The notes under the pieces are model-generated. The model was not told the origin of the DNA and did not search any database. It saw only the letters and a list, made by a program, of their open reading frames with translations. This document shows, piece by piece, positions 33,331-45,185 of a DNA stretch of 64,000 bases. The DNA lies in assembly GCA_031278635.1 (NCBI GenBank), contig JAITKA010000139.1, positions 2,517-66,516 of the forward strand, read 5' to 3'. The translations under genes were made by a program, and so were the position numbers. The number at the start of each line of letters is the position of its first letter. Within the stretch, counting starts at the first letter, position 1. The DNA comes from Deltaproteobacteria bacterium. Lineage in GTDB: Bacteria > Desulfobacterota > Desulfarculia > Adiutricales > Adiutricaceae.

Positions 33331-36150
33331 CTAAAACAGCCTGGGGCCCGACCCCTGGGCCTTGCGCTTGGCTCTCGCCCCGTAGGCCGCTTTGTGCTCA
33401 TGGCACAGGCTGACCGGCAAGAGGGACCAATAGGGCGAGGGCTTCCCCGGGAGGGCCCGGCCAAACATAAACCTTTTGGACGAGCGGGTCAAGTAAAGCA
33501 TATCGCGGGCCCTGGTCACGGCCACGTAAAAAAGCCGCCTCTCCTCGTCGGCATCGAAGTCCTCGCCCCCGTGATCGTAGGGGCATAAGCCTTCCTCGAG
33601 GCCGATTACGAAAACCAGCCTGAACTCAAGGCCTTTCGAGGCGTGCATGGTGAGAAGGCTTATCTTGTCGGCCTTAAAATCAAGCCCGTCGGTGGCCCGC
33701 TCCTCCTCCTCGCCGGCCATCTGGTAGGGGAAGCCGGCCCTCCCCAGGGCCTCGGCCATCGCCTGGCCCACGTGCCGCAGGCGAAAGATGACGGCCACGT
33801 CCGCCAGGCCCAAATCGGCGAGCCTCTCCCTGTCGCCGGCATGGGAGCCGGAGGGGCCAAGGTCGGTCACCCCCAGGTGGCCGGCGATCCTCCCGGCCAC
33901 CCAAGCGGCCTCCGCCTCGGGGCCGTCCAGGACCGCCCTGCCTATCCTCTGGAGCTCGCCCTGCCTTGCCGGGGAGCGCTTGGCGCCCCCCTCGGGCCTT
34001 ACGGCCTCGGCGGCCTGGCAGATGGCCGGCGTGGAGCGGAAATTGAGGCTCAAATCCATCCTGACCAGGTCCCGGCGGTCCCCGGCCAGCCTCTCGAAAA
34101 TGGACCCGTGGGCCCCCCGGAAGCCGTAGACGCTTTGGTCCGGGTCGCCAATCACCGTCAGGGAGGCGTTTTTGGCCAGCCGCATCAGAAACCCGTACTG
34201 GGTCAGGGAAAAATCCTGAAACTCGTCGGCCAGGACCGCCGAGTAGGCGCCGTCCTCGCCCAGGCCCTCCACCCCGGCCGCCTCCAAAATCAGATCGTCG
34301 TAATCCCAGAGGCCCAGGTCGCGCAATATCCGCTGGTAGAGCGCCAGGGCCGCGTTCACCGGCGATCCGGGGTCCTCCCCGAGCCAGTCCCCGTCGAGGC
34401 CCTGGCGGTTTTTCCTAAGCGATACGAGGTTCTGGAAGCGCCTGGGCGAGATCCCGCAAGCCTTCCCGCCATCGGCGGCCAGCCTTGAGAGGAGCTCCTC
34501 GTCGGCCAGCCTGAAACCCGGCTTCCGGCGGTTGGCCAGCCCCAGGGCCAGGGCGTGGAGGGTACAGACGGTGACCTTTTCGGCCGCCGGCCCCAGGAGC
34601 CCCACGAGGCGCTGGGACAGCGTCTCCGCGGCCTTCCGGGTATAGGTGGTCAAAAGCAGCTTCTCCGGGGCGACCGAGCCGTTCCTGATCAAAAAAACCG
34701 CCCTCCTGACCAAAGCCAGGGTCTTCCCGGCCCCCGGCCCGGCCGAGAGGGCCAGGGCGGGCCCGCCGAAGGTGACGGCCTGCTGCTGCTCGGAGCTCAG
34801 ATCGCCCAAAAGGCCGCCCGAGGCCACCCTGCGCTTGACCACGGCCTTGGTTTTCGGGGGCCCGCTCTCCGGCTCCGCCTTGCGGCGGCCCCGTTTGGCC
34901 GGGGCCGGGGCCCCGAACAAAAGGCCCTCCCCGCTCAGCTCGAGCCTCTCCCTCCGGCCGATGACCGTTATCCGGCCATACTTCCCGTCGTAACCCCCGC
35001 TGGCCTCGACCTCCCCCAGCCGCATCCTCTCGATGGCCCTGGCCAGGACCGGCCCGGCCACCTCCCTCACGTCGTCCAGCGGCGTGTCGAGCAAAAGTCC
35101 GTACTCGCTCCCGAACTCGGCCACGAGCCTCTCGTAGGCCCTGGCCACCTCCCTGCTGGCCGTGCCCACGTCCAGGGTCTGGGCCAAGACCTCGGCCAGG
35201 GGCAACAAATGCCAGTCCGGGAGCCTCCCCCCGGGTGCCGTCTCCCTATCGGCCAGCTCCAGCACCCGGCTTAAAACGCCCACGGTCAGGGGCTTCCCGC
35301 AGACCGGGCAGATCCCGCCCAGGGCCTTGGTCTCCGCCGGGGTCAGGGCCGGCCCGCACTGGGCGTGCCCGTCCAGGTGGTATTTGCCCTCCTCGGGGAA
35401 GAACTCGACGGTACCCACAAGGTTGTCCCCGCCCCCCAGGGCCCGCTTGAGGCCGGCGAAATCCAGTGGGCCCTCGATCACCGTCGCCTCCCGACCCAGC
35501 TTGTCGGGGCTATGGGCGTCCGAGGAGGAGACCAGGGCGTAGCGATCCAGGGCCGACACCAGGCGGTTCATCTCCGGGTCGCTCGAAAGCCCCGTCTCCA
35601 GGGCCCGGATATGCCCCGTCAGGTCGCCGAAACACTCCTCCACGGCATCGAAGCCGCTCTTGGAGCCGAATATCGAGAACCAGGGGGTCCAGACGTGGGC
35701 CGGGATGACCTCCATGGCCGGGTCGGCCTCGAGGGCGATCTCCAAAATGTTCCTGGCCGAGAGCCCCAAAATGGGCCGCCCGTCCGAGGTGACGTTTCCC
35801 AGCCTGCCCAAACTGGTCCCGAACCTCTCCGCCGCCCCAAGGTCCGGGGCCACGACCACCAGATGGATCTTCCTGGTCCGCCCGCCCTGCTTATAAATGG
35901 CGCTGACCTCCCCGGTGGGGACGAAAGCCGGCCCCCCTGGCTCGCCCGCCAGCCGGTAAAAGCCGTCCGGGCCCATTTCCAGGGCCTCCCTGAGCCGCCC
36001 CAGCCAGGCCGGGTGGGTCATGTCGCCCGTGCCCACCAGATCCAGCCCCTTGGTCTTGGCCCACCGGGATATGGTCACCGGGTCCAGCGAGGGCGACGTG
36101 GCCCTGGAGTAACGGGAGTGTATGTGAAGATCGACGAAAGAACGACTCAT
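33331..36150 (-). CDS. fusion protein: PHP/Endonuclease-Q-like N-terminal domain plus UvrD/REP-type helicase
   Basis: N-terminus: 'VDLHIHSRYSRATS' and zinc knuckle 'CPVCGKPLTVGV'. C-terminus: 'LSSEQQQAV', Walker A 'AGPGAGKT', 'VLADEFQDFS', 'TMHASKGLEF'. Confidence 0.8.
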   Translation of the reverse strand: MSRSFVDLHIHSRYSRATSPSLDPVTISRWAKTKGLDLVGTGDMTHPAWLGRLREALEMGPDGFYRLAGEPGGPAFVPTGEVSAIYKQGGRTRKIHLVVVAPDLGAAERFGTSLGRLGNVTSDGRPILGLSARNILEIALEADPAMEVIPAHVWTPWFSIFGSKSGFDAVEECFGDLTGHIRALETGLSSDPEMNRLVSALDRYALVSSSDAHSPDKLGREATVIEGPLDFAGLKRALGGGDNLVGTVEFFPEEGKYHLDGHAQCGPALTPAETKALGGICPVCGKPLTVGVLSRVLELADRETAPGGRLPDWHLLPLAEVLAQTLDVGTASREVARAYERLVAEFGSEYGLLLDTPLDDVREVAGPVLARAIERMRLGEVEASGGYDGKYGRITVIGRRERLELSGEGLLFGAPAPAKRGRRKAEPESGPPKTKAVVKRRVASGGLLGDLSSEQQQAVTFGGPALALSAGPGAGKTLALVRRAVFLIRNGSVAPEKLLLTTYTRKAAETLSQRLVGLLGPAAEKVTVCTLHALALGLANRRKPGFRLADEELLSRLAADGGKACGISPRRFQNLVSLRKNRQGLDGDWLGEDPGSPVNAALALYQRILRDLGLWDYDDLILEAAGVEGLGEDGAYSAVLADEFQDFSLTQYGFLMRLAKNASLTVIGDPDQSVYGFRGAHGSIFERLAGDRRDLVRMDLSLNFRSTPAICQAAEAVRPEGGAKRSPARQGELQRIGRAVLDGPEAEAAWVAGRIAGHLGVTDLGPSGSHAGDRERLADLGLADVAVIFRLRHVGQAMAEALGRAGFPYQMAGEEEERATDGLDFKADKISLLTMHASKGLEFRLVFVIGLEEGLCPYDHGGEDFDADEERRLFYVAVTRARDMLYLTRSSKRFMFGRALPGKPSPYWSLLPVSLCHEHKAAYGARAKRKAQGSGPRLF

Positions 36151-36234
36151 GGCGAAAGTCCGGGCAAGGGACGGCTAACCGTCCGCGTCATAACGAAATC
36201 ATTTGGCGGGGCCGGGGAAACCATGGGGGCCCCG

Positions 36235-36960
36235 TCAGCCCTCGACCAGCTCGTCCACGTCGGCGGCGAAGATCGTGAGCTTCTCCGGGAGGAGCCACGA
36301 GTTGGGCCTCAGGCCGGCCATCTGGCAGGCCTTGGAAAGCAGCTCCGAGTTCTCGTACTTACCGGGCATGTCCTTGGGGAGGCCCAGGCCTATGGTGAAG
36401 CCCTCAAGGACCACCACCGCCTGGCCCTTCCCGACCGCCTTGTCGTCGGCCGCCTCGTCCAGCTGATGCAAAACGGCCACGCCGATCTTGACCCTGGGCC
36501 ACTCCTCGAGGGTCGGGGCCCGGCCCTGATCCGGCTCGGACAGGACCTTGGAGGACAGGGCGAATATGCCCGCCCCCACGGGCTGGGGCTGCCTGATCTC
36601 CCAGGCCCTGGCCAAAATTTGCCCGTCGAGCCAAAGCGTCACGGCCAGGGGCACGGCCTGGGTCAGCGCCGGGGCCGTGATGGCCGGGAGCGGCCTCGCC
36701 TCGCGGCCTTCCTTGAGGGCGTTCAAGGGCTCCTTGGCCAGGAGCAACAGGTAATTAAGTTCCCTGGCAGAGAGGCGCCTGGCCTTGGGCCTCTCCGCCC
36801 CGGCGGTCCCGCCGCCAGGCCCTATCTGCCCCTGGGCCATCGCGCCCCCGGGCAGGGCCAGGGCCAGCCCAACCACGACCAGCCACGAAACGGCCAGCCC
36901 CGATAAACCCCCCGGGCCCCAGGGGCGCGGGGGGAGCCATGTCACTTTGCTTTTACGCAC
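36235..36960 (-). CDS. exported hypothetical protein
   Basis: GTG start; signal-like 'LAVSWLVVVGLALALPGGAMA'; coding-like composition; no confident family. Confidence 0.45.
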   Translation of the reverse strand: MRKSKVTWLPPRPWGPGGLSGLAVSWLVVVGLALALPGGAMAQGQIGPGGGTAGAERPKARRLSARELNYLLLLAKEPLNALKEGREARPLPAITAPALTQAVPLAVTLWLDGQILARAWEIRQPQPVGAGIFALSSKVLSEPDQGRAPTLEEWPRVKIGVAVLHQLDEAADDKAVGKGQAVVVLEGFTIGLGLPKDMPGKYENSELLSKACQMAGLRPNSWLLPEKLTIFAADVDELVEG

Positions 36961-37000
36961 GCCTAAACCTTTCGGCCAAAAACCCCCCGGGGGCCTTGGC

Positions 37001-37645
37001 CTAAACGGAAATTATCCGGTCCTCGACCGCCTCCCAGCAGGTCAGCCGGCCGCCCACGAAAACCGCCCCCGTGTCCAGGCCCACCCGGCCGGGGGCGAAA
37101 TAGGGTTCCCTGACCGGGGTGTGGCCGAAGACCACGGTCTTGCCGAAATCGTAAGCCGACTCCAGGAACTCGTCGCGTATCCACAATAGATCGTCCTCGG
37201 CCTGGTCACCCAGCCCGACACCCGGCCTCAGGCCCGCGTGGACGAATATATGGCTTTCCGTCTCGTGGAAGAGCTCCAGGTTTTGGTAAAAATCGATATG
37301 GGAGATGGGAAAAGGGGCGTTTTGGCGATAACTGTCTATGGTAAACTCGGATCCATTCGACGTCAGGGACAAATTCTCCTTCCCGCTGATATAATTGAAA
37401 AACATCTGCTCGTGGTTGCCCTTAAGCAACACCACCCGCTCCCGCCAGCGGTTCTTCAGCTCCAAAACCTTTTCGACCACCCCGTAACTGTCGAGGCCCC
37501 GGTCGATGTAATCCCCAAGGAAGACCAGCTTCTCCTGGTTCGCGGGCCGCCAATCGATCTTGAGCAGGAGCTCTTCCAGTTTGAGGCGACAGCCGTGGAT
37601 GTCCCCGATGACGAATATCCGGGGATTCTGGCTATTGGCTATCAT
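37001..37645 (-). CDS. calcineurin-like metallophosphoesterase (PrpA/ApaH-type Ser/Thr phosphatase or diadenosine tetraphosphatase)
   Basis: 'IFVIGDIHGC', 'VFLGDYIDRG', 'LKGNHE', 'VFGHTP'; ATG at 37645. Confidence 0.8.
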   Translation of the reverse strand: MIANSQNPRIFVIGDIHGCRLKLEELLLKIDWRPANQEKLVFLGDYIDRGLDSYGVVEKVLELKNRWRERVVLLKGNHEQMFFNYISGKENLSLTSNGSEFTIDSYRQNAPFPISHIDFYQNLELFHETESHIFVHAGLRPGVGLGDQAEDDLLWIRDEFLESAYDFGKTVVFGHTPVREPYFAPGRVGLDTGAVFVGGRLTCWEAVEDRIISV

Positions 37646-38087
37646 TTGCAAGTGACACTTTTTCGCCGTCCGCTTCGCCCGCCCGCTTACGGCCAGGCCA
37701 TTGGGCCCCAGGCCCTGGGGCCTGGGCGCCCGTCCCCGTCGCCGGGCGGGTCCCCCGAATCCCGGGCTCATTGTCCTAAGGGTTGGTCTTCGCCGAATCT
37801 ACTGAATTCTACATTAATTGCGAGAGAAAATCCATAACCTACGTCAAGTTGTTAAGACTTTCAAACAGCGCCCCAAAAATATCAAAATACCTAACGATTA
37901 TGGCTTACTTTTAACCAGGCCATACGCAAGGCCACATATCGATAGCGATAATGCCATACCGTTCCACCGCTATGTAAAGTTTTTGCCCTCATTAATCAAC
38001 CAAGATAGGGATAAATTAGCAATATTTCCCCTCATCAAACAACATTGGTTCAAACCCATACTATCCCACCGGATATCACGCCTAAAA

Positions 38088-38288
38088 TTCAAGCGCTTCC
38101 TCGCTTCCGCCCGGTGATTCGACTTTTCTTGCCGAAACTATAGCCCCCACGCGCCACCATGGGTAAAACTCAGGCGCTTCCGCCTGGTTATTCGACTTTT
38201 CTTGCCGAATCTATAGCCCCCACGCGCCACCATGGGCAAAACTCAGGCGTTTCCACCCCGTTATGAGATTTTTCTTGCCGAAAGTAGC
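38088..38288. repeat. 73-bp tandem repeat, ~2.7 copies, noncoding
   Basis: 'cttgccg' recurs at 38128, 38201 and 38274. Copies 38113-38185 and 38186-38259 are near-identical ('ttcgacttttcttgccgaa.ctatagcccccacgcgccaccatggg.aaaactcaggcg'). Confidence 0.85.
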
Positions 38289-38563
38289 TTGGATTAAAAT
38301 CAAAGGTGGGAAAAAGGGAATCAAACGAGAGATCGTAGCGGTGACGGACAATTTGAAGTTTAGGTTTACAAAAACTGCCTCTGAAGTAAAAAAATCCGCC
38401 TTTCTCGGGCATTTTACACCCGAAACTCTCTCTTTACAATTTCGTAGGATTGAAGGGCTTGATACTAACGGGCGTTTGTTACATCAGCCTTTACAAAAAA
38501 CTTACCTTGGGCACAAGCCTTGACCCACGAATTATAATTATAAGTCGTTTAATTTAAAATCAC

Positions 38564-39010
38564 TTAATTAGGCACTGTTGGATCATTTGAATCTATTCTT
38601 GGCCCTCCCTGGGCTATCATTCTTTGGTCATCACTATCGAACAAAAATGTGGTCGTCCTAGCGCCCTTATGGTTAACAGTAAACGAAAATTTAGGTAATT
38701 CAGTCGGTTGTCCCAACGTTATCGGACCATAATAAACGTCCCGGTCTATGGTTAGACCACCTATCATAACTAACTCGGTATAATCAGCGCTATAGGTCCC
38801 CTTTTCATTTAACACTAAAAATTGAGCTTTAACCACCGAATCACATGCGCTCTTGGCCACAGAATCCATTGCCGATCTACGGTAATTCATATACTTTGGC
38901 ACTGCAATACAGCCTAATATTCCAACTATTACAACGACAGTAAGTAGTTCTACTAGCGTAAAACCAGTGCGATGTTTTCGCACAGGATAATAAAACATAT
39001 ATCCATCCAT
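38564..39010 (-). CDS. prepilin-type N-terminal cleavage/methylation domain protein (type IV pilin-like), low GC
   Basis: 'RTGFTLVELLTVVVIVGILG' class III signal; visibly AT-richer than the surrounding genes; no pilus assembly genes nearby; start at 39010 or 38998. Confidence 0.7.
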   Translation of the reverse strand: MDGYMFYYPVRKHRTGFTLVELLTVVVIVGILGCIAVPKYMNYRRSAMDSVAKSACDSVVKAQFLVLNEKGTYSADYTELVMIGGLTIDRDVYYGPITLGQPTELPKFSFTVNHKGARTTTFLFDSDDQRMIAQGGPRIDSNDPTVPN

Positions 39011-39458
39011 AGTAAAGTGAGAGCGACTCACCGGAATGACCCCCCAACCGAAGGGGGGACTTATGTAGCAAAATTTCTGCCAAGCCAACTAGGCCCCTAT
39101 CGCAAAAAATCCCATTCGTATCATTTTACTCGTCCCTCTCTTTCGCCAGCCCCTCGCGACCGCGGCCGGCCCACGGCAGCCCCCCAAGTTCCCACCACCG
39201 GGTCCCTCCAGGTTTCCCGCCATCGTCACTTCCAGTCCCGCCCCGCGGGCGCCCCGCCTGGCCCCCTCCGCTCCGGGCGAATATCGCGCCTGGAAATGCC
39301 GCGCGATTTGAGGTAAAATCTGCAAGGCGCCATAAGGGAACCAGGGACCGGCCCACTCGGGCTACCTTCCTACTTTAATTATTATCATTATTTCCAAAAT
39401 TGCAATACCCCAATGCGGCGTTCCCTTTTCCCTACGCCTTCCCCCCGGTGGTCTGAAC

Positions 39459-39534
39459 GGGCGGTTAACTCAGCGGCTAGAGTGCTGGCTTTACACGCCA
39501 GGAGTCAGAGGTTCGAATCCTCTACCGCCTACCA
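39459..39534 (+). tRNA. tRNA-Val (anticodon TAC), CCA encoded
   Basis: Acceptor GGGCGGT/ACCGCCT, D-arm 'AGCGGCTAGAG', anticodon stem CTGGC/GCCAG with loop TT-TAC-AC, T-arm 'GGTTCGAATCC', discriminator A plus CCA; 76 nt. Confidence 0.93.
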
Positions 39535-40880
39535 TCCCACCGAATGCCAAAAACCCCCACCTTTCGTGAGGTTCTCTCTCCCTTCGGGCCCCTTCACGGC
39601 CTTATTCTACCCTTCGCCGCCCTTTCCTTTCAATGCCGTTCATGGCTATTGCATACGCTTGATCCGTCTTTTTTTCGCTTCGGCTATCTTTACCTGTCTT
39701 GAAGCTTATTGATAGCACTTTCATACTATATTGGTCCATTTAGCATCCTTCACTGCCATTTATGGGTCTTGCCCGCACTTAAAATTTTTTCGGCGCTATC
39801 GTGAGCCCTCCCCGGTCACCGGTTGGTATTCGTTTGCCGGCGGAAAAATCTTAAATCCCTCCCCCCCCAAATAACCCTTAACGGCAGTCGTTAGGCGAAA
39901 CCCTTTGGCGGGCCCGGCAAATTTCCTTGGTCCTCCGGTTTTGGCGCCGCGAAGGCGGAAAACCACCGGGCCGGGAATTGCCCTGGGGGAAGTTTACAAG
40001 TTATCCATTGAAAAGCCCCCGTTCCCCTTTATCTAAGCCGACAATCTGCCGTCCGGGCCGTCTGCCTAACGGAAATTTTTTTGGGCTAGGGCGGCGATAC
40101 CGCAAGATTCACGAAATCGCTCTTGGTTGTATAGGCGAATATTTTTTTCGTATACTGATTTTGGCGCAGCTAGAGGGTGGGGTAATTCGGGAATAATCCG
40201 ATGGCTCCACCAATGATCGCACCAATTTAAGCCGATTTGTGAGACGTGATTACTCGACAATTTGTGTTTTTTACAAAAAGGCCTTATATAAAAATTTACA
40301 TTTAAACTTAAAAATAGTGTTTTTTGACAACCAACGCTTGCCTTGCTGACCGCAATATCCCGACAAATAAATTTTCTTTATCCTGGATAGCCCTATGGGT
40401 CGGTGATTACCCAGTCACAAGGTGGGAAGATTATTGCCAAAGCTTTGTCTACCCGGGATGGCGATTCGGGAGCCCGGGTTGGCCGCCGTCTTTGAGAAGC
40501 CCTTTTTTACAATTTGCCGGCGTCGGACGTTTAGGGAACGGTAAGTAACAATGGGAAATGGCCGCATTAATTTGTAATTAACAGTCCAGATGGCAATCGA
40601 ATGATTTTAATTTTGCCAAATATTTGCTTAACAATTTTTTGCCATCTATTTAGCGGTTTATCTCTTGACAGGATCACATAAATTTTATCAACGCAGCTAA
40701 ACTGGACTTATTGACAACAAATAATTCATTCTTATTGTATTATTCATTGACTCTACTCTAGCATAAGTGACAAAATCTGCAATTATTTAATTATCACGTC
40801 ATATACGTATGCTAAGAGTTTTATTTTACCGGCATAACGATGAAACTTGAAATTTCGGATTCAACGTCAAAACGGATTTG

Positions 40881-40889
40881 TGTTATAAT
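40881..40889 (+). promoter_or_regulatory. candidate extended -10 promoter upstream of the hybrid histidine kinase
   Basis: TGtTATAAT (perfect extended -10), ~145 nt upstream of the ATG at 41033. Confidence 0.3.
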
Positions 40890-41032
40890 ATGCCGAATCG
40901 ATTTGAAATTCCGACGACGCTGGATATGTCGGTGGATCCATTATCGGTAACATACGTTTTTTTAAAGCTAAAATAAAAGTATAATCGAACCAAATTTTCC
41001 AAAATTAACTGAAGGCTTGAGTTCTTTCTTAT

Positions 41033-42832
<1,800 letters not shown>

Positions 42833-42941
42833 CGTTTTGCCCTCTTTTCCCGCCCTTACGCCGCCAAGCCCTCCCCTGCCCGCATAAACGCCCCGTCCGG
42901 TGTATAATGGGCCAGATTTATGGCGTCAGCGGAGGTCGTCC

Positions 42942-43778
42942 ATGCTCAGGATAGAAAACCTGGCCAAAAGTTTTGGCCCCACCCAGGCCCTCCGGGGCCT
43001 TAGCCTTACGGTGGGGCGGGGCGAGCTCTTCGCCTTCCTGGGCCCGAACGGGGCCGGCAAGACCACGACCATCCGCATCCTGAACGGCCTCTCCAGGCTC
43101 GATTCCGGGAAGGCCATGATCGACGGCCTCGACATTGGCGCCAAACCCCTGGCCGTCAAGCGCCAGTGCGGCCTGGTGGCCCAGCACACCAACCTCGACG
43201 GCGAGCTGACCGTCTGGGAGAACCTGGACCTGCACGGCCGCCTGTACGGCCTGGGGCGCTCGGAGAGGCGCCGCCGGGCCCAGGAGCACCTGGATTACGT
43301 GGAGATGGCCGATCGGGCCAAAAGCCAGGTCAAGACCCTCTCGGGCGGCCTGAAGCGAAGGCTCATGATCGCGAGGGCCCTCATGCACGGCCCCAACCTG
43401 CTTTTCCTGGACGAGCCCACCGTGGGCCTGGACCCGGCCATCCGGCGCCGCATCTGGGCCCTGATAAAAAAAATCAACCAGGACGGGGTCACGGTCTTCC
43501 TGACCACCCACTACATCGAGGAGGCGGAGTTCCTGGCCTTCCGGGTCGGCTTCATAAACGAGGGCCGGCTGGTGGCCGACGGGCCGCCCCAGGCCATCAT
43601 GGACGATCTGGGCCAATGGGCGGTCGATACCTACGGCCCAGGGGGCCACGCCACCAGCTTTTTCGCCGAGCGCTCCGATGCCGGCTCGTTCATCCAGTCC
43701 CAGGGCCTGGCCTGCTCCGTCCGCCGGGTTAACCTCGAGGACGCCTTCCTCTCGCTGACCGGCCGGAGGCTCCCATGA
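42942..43778 (+). CDS. ABC transporter ATP-binding protein (ABC-2 exporter type)
   Basis: GGAGG RBS; Walker A 'GPNGAGKTTT', signature 'LSGGLKRRLMIARAL', Walker B 'LLFLDEPT'. Confidence 0.9.
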   Translation: MLRIENLAKSFGPTQALRGLSLTVGRGELFAFLGPNGAGKTTTIRILNGLSRLDSGKAMIDGLDIGAKPLAVKRQCGLVAQHTNLDGELTVWENLDLHGRLYGLGRSERRRRAQEHLDYVEMADRAKSQVKTLSGGLKRRLMIARALMHGPNLLFLDEPTVGLDPAIRRRIWALIKKINQDGVTVFLTTHYIEEAEFLAFRVGFINEGRLVADGPPQAIMDDLGQWAVDTYGPGGHATSFFAERSDAGSFIQSQGLACSVRRVNLEDAFLSLTGRRLP

Positions 43779-44509
43779 CCGCCCTCCTGGCCGTCTACCT
43801 GCGGGAGATGCTTATTTTGAGGCGAAGGCTGGGAAGGCAGATCCTGGCCATGGGCGTCTCGCCCCTCCTCTACGTCCTGACCTTCGGCCTGGCCCTGGGC
43901 GGGTCGGTCCAGGTCGCGGGGCGCGGCTACCTCGAGTTTTTGATCCCGGGCCTCGCCGCCATGAGCAGCATGACCCAGGCCTTCGCCATGGCCGGCGAGA
44001 TAAACGTGGCCCGGTTCTACCTCCGGGTCTTCGAGGAGTTCCAGGCCGCCCCCATACCCAGGATTTCCTACGTTCTGGGCGAGACCCTGGCCGGCCTGAC
44101 CCGGGCCATGCTGGCCATCGCCATCGTCCTGGCCCTGGGCTACCTTTTCGGGGTGAGGCTCTATTACGGCCCCGCCTTCTGGGCCGCCCTGGCCCTGAAC
44201 GCCTTCGCCTTCGCCTCCCTTGCCGTGGCCATGGCCATGCTCGTAAAAACCCATGCCGACCAGGCCCTCCTGAATAATTTCATCATCACCCCCATGGCCT
44301 TCCTGGGCGGGACGTTTTTCCCCCTGGAGAGCCTCCCCGGCTGGGCCAGGGGCGCCCTGAACCTCCTGCCACTCTCCCACGCCTCCAAGGCCGCCAGGAA
44401 CGCCGCCTTCGGCCTGGGGACCCCCCTCCATTCCTACGCCTACCTGGCCCTGGCGGGCCTGGCCTTCCTCCTCTTGGCCATCTGGGCCGTTTCCAAGGCC
44501 CGCGACTGA
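43775..44509 (+). CDS. ABC-2 type transporter permease
   Basis: ATGA overlap with the ATPase gene; six hydrophobic segments; ~244 aa, typical of ABC-2 permeases. Confidence 0.8.
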   Translation: MTALLAVYLREMLILRRRLGRQILAMGVSPLLYVLTFGLALGGSVQVAGRGYLEFLIPGLAAMSSMTQAFAMAGEINVARFYLRVFEEFQAAPIPRISYVLGETLAGLTRAMLAIAIVLALGYLFGVRLYYGPAFWAALALNAFAFASLAVAMAMLVKTHADQALLNNFIITPMAFLGGTFFPLESLPGWARGALNLLPLSHASKAARNAAFGLGTPLHSYAYLALAGLAFLLLAIWAVSKARD

Positions 44510-44529
44510 ATCCCGGCCCCCAAGGCCAA

Positions 44530-44572
44530 AAGGGCGGGACCGACCCGAATGGGTTGGCCCCGCCCTTTTTTT
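44530..44572 (+). terminator. intrinsic terminator
   Basis: aagggcgggacc...ggccccgccc followed by tttttttcg. Confidence 0.65.
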
Positions 44573-44741
44573 CGTTGACCGGGGCGGGTTAATGGCGTAC
44601 ATTTTAAGGGTATTTTGGCCCCGTCGGCCGGGGCCGGTGGAAGCGATTTTATTTGCGCGCCAAGGTTTTTGCGTTTGATCCCAATCGGGGCCCGTCACCT
44701 GGCGTCGAAAATTATTTACCGATTCTTAATCGAGGAATTTT

Positions 44742-45155
44742 ATGCGCGGAAAACTACTTATTCTCGTTACGTTTAGCATGGTTATCGTATTCGCCACCTG
44801 CGGCCTTGCCTTGGCCCAGGCCAATAAAAAAGCAAAGGTGGTTGCCATCGGCAAGCACGAGGACGGCATCATCTGCCAATACATTGCCTCGGAAAAGAAG
44901 GATGTCCCGGACGTCGTGAGCGTCAGGATGGACACCCAAACCTTCAATTTTTACAACGGCCTGCAAATCGGGGAGCAGTACGACCAGCTGGGCAACCTTC
45001 CCGTGGGCTCGCCCATCAAGTTCGATTTCTCGGTCCTGGAACCCGTTGGCGAGCCTGAGGTCCTCTCGGCCGCCCCCAAGACCAACGTGGTCATCCATAA
45101 GCTGCACGGCGCGGGCGATCCCGACCCGTCCCTCTGCGAGGCCATGGGCGATTAA
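44742..45155 (+). CDS. small exported hypothetical protein
   Basis: GAGGA RBS; signal peptide 'LLILVTFSMVIVFATCGLALAQA'; no family recognised. Confidence 0.5.
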   Translation: MRGKLLILVTFSMVIVFATCGLALAQANKKAKVVAIGKHEDGIICQYIASEKKDVPDVVSVRMDTQTFNFYNGLQIGEQYDQLGNLPVGSPIKFDFSVLEPVGEPEVLSAAPKTNVVIHKLHGAGDPDPSLCEAMGD

Positions 45156-45185
45156 CCCCCAAAAGGCTTTGCCCTTACGCCGGGC

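Noticed and set aside
38088-38288. CRISPR array at the 73-bp repeat locus (and at the 17-bp repeats at 53656-53740).
   Set aside because: The repeats are head-to-tail with no unique spacers, the unit lengths are atypical for CRISPR, and no cas genes are present in the window.
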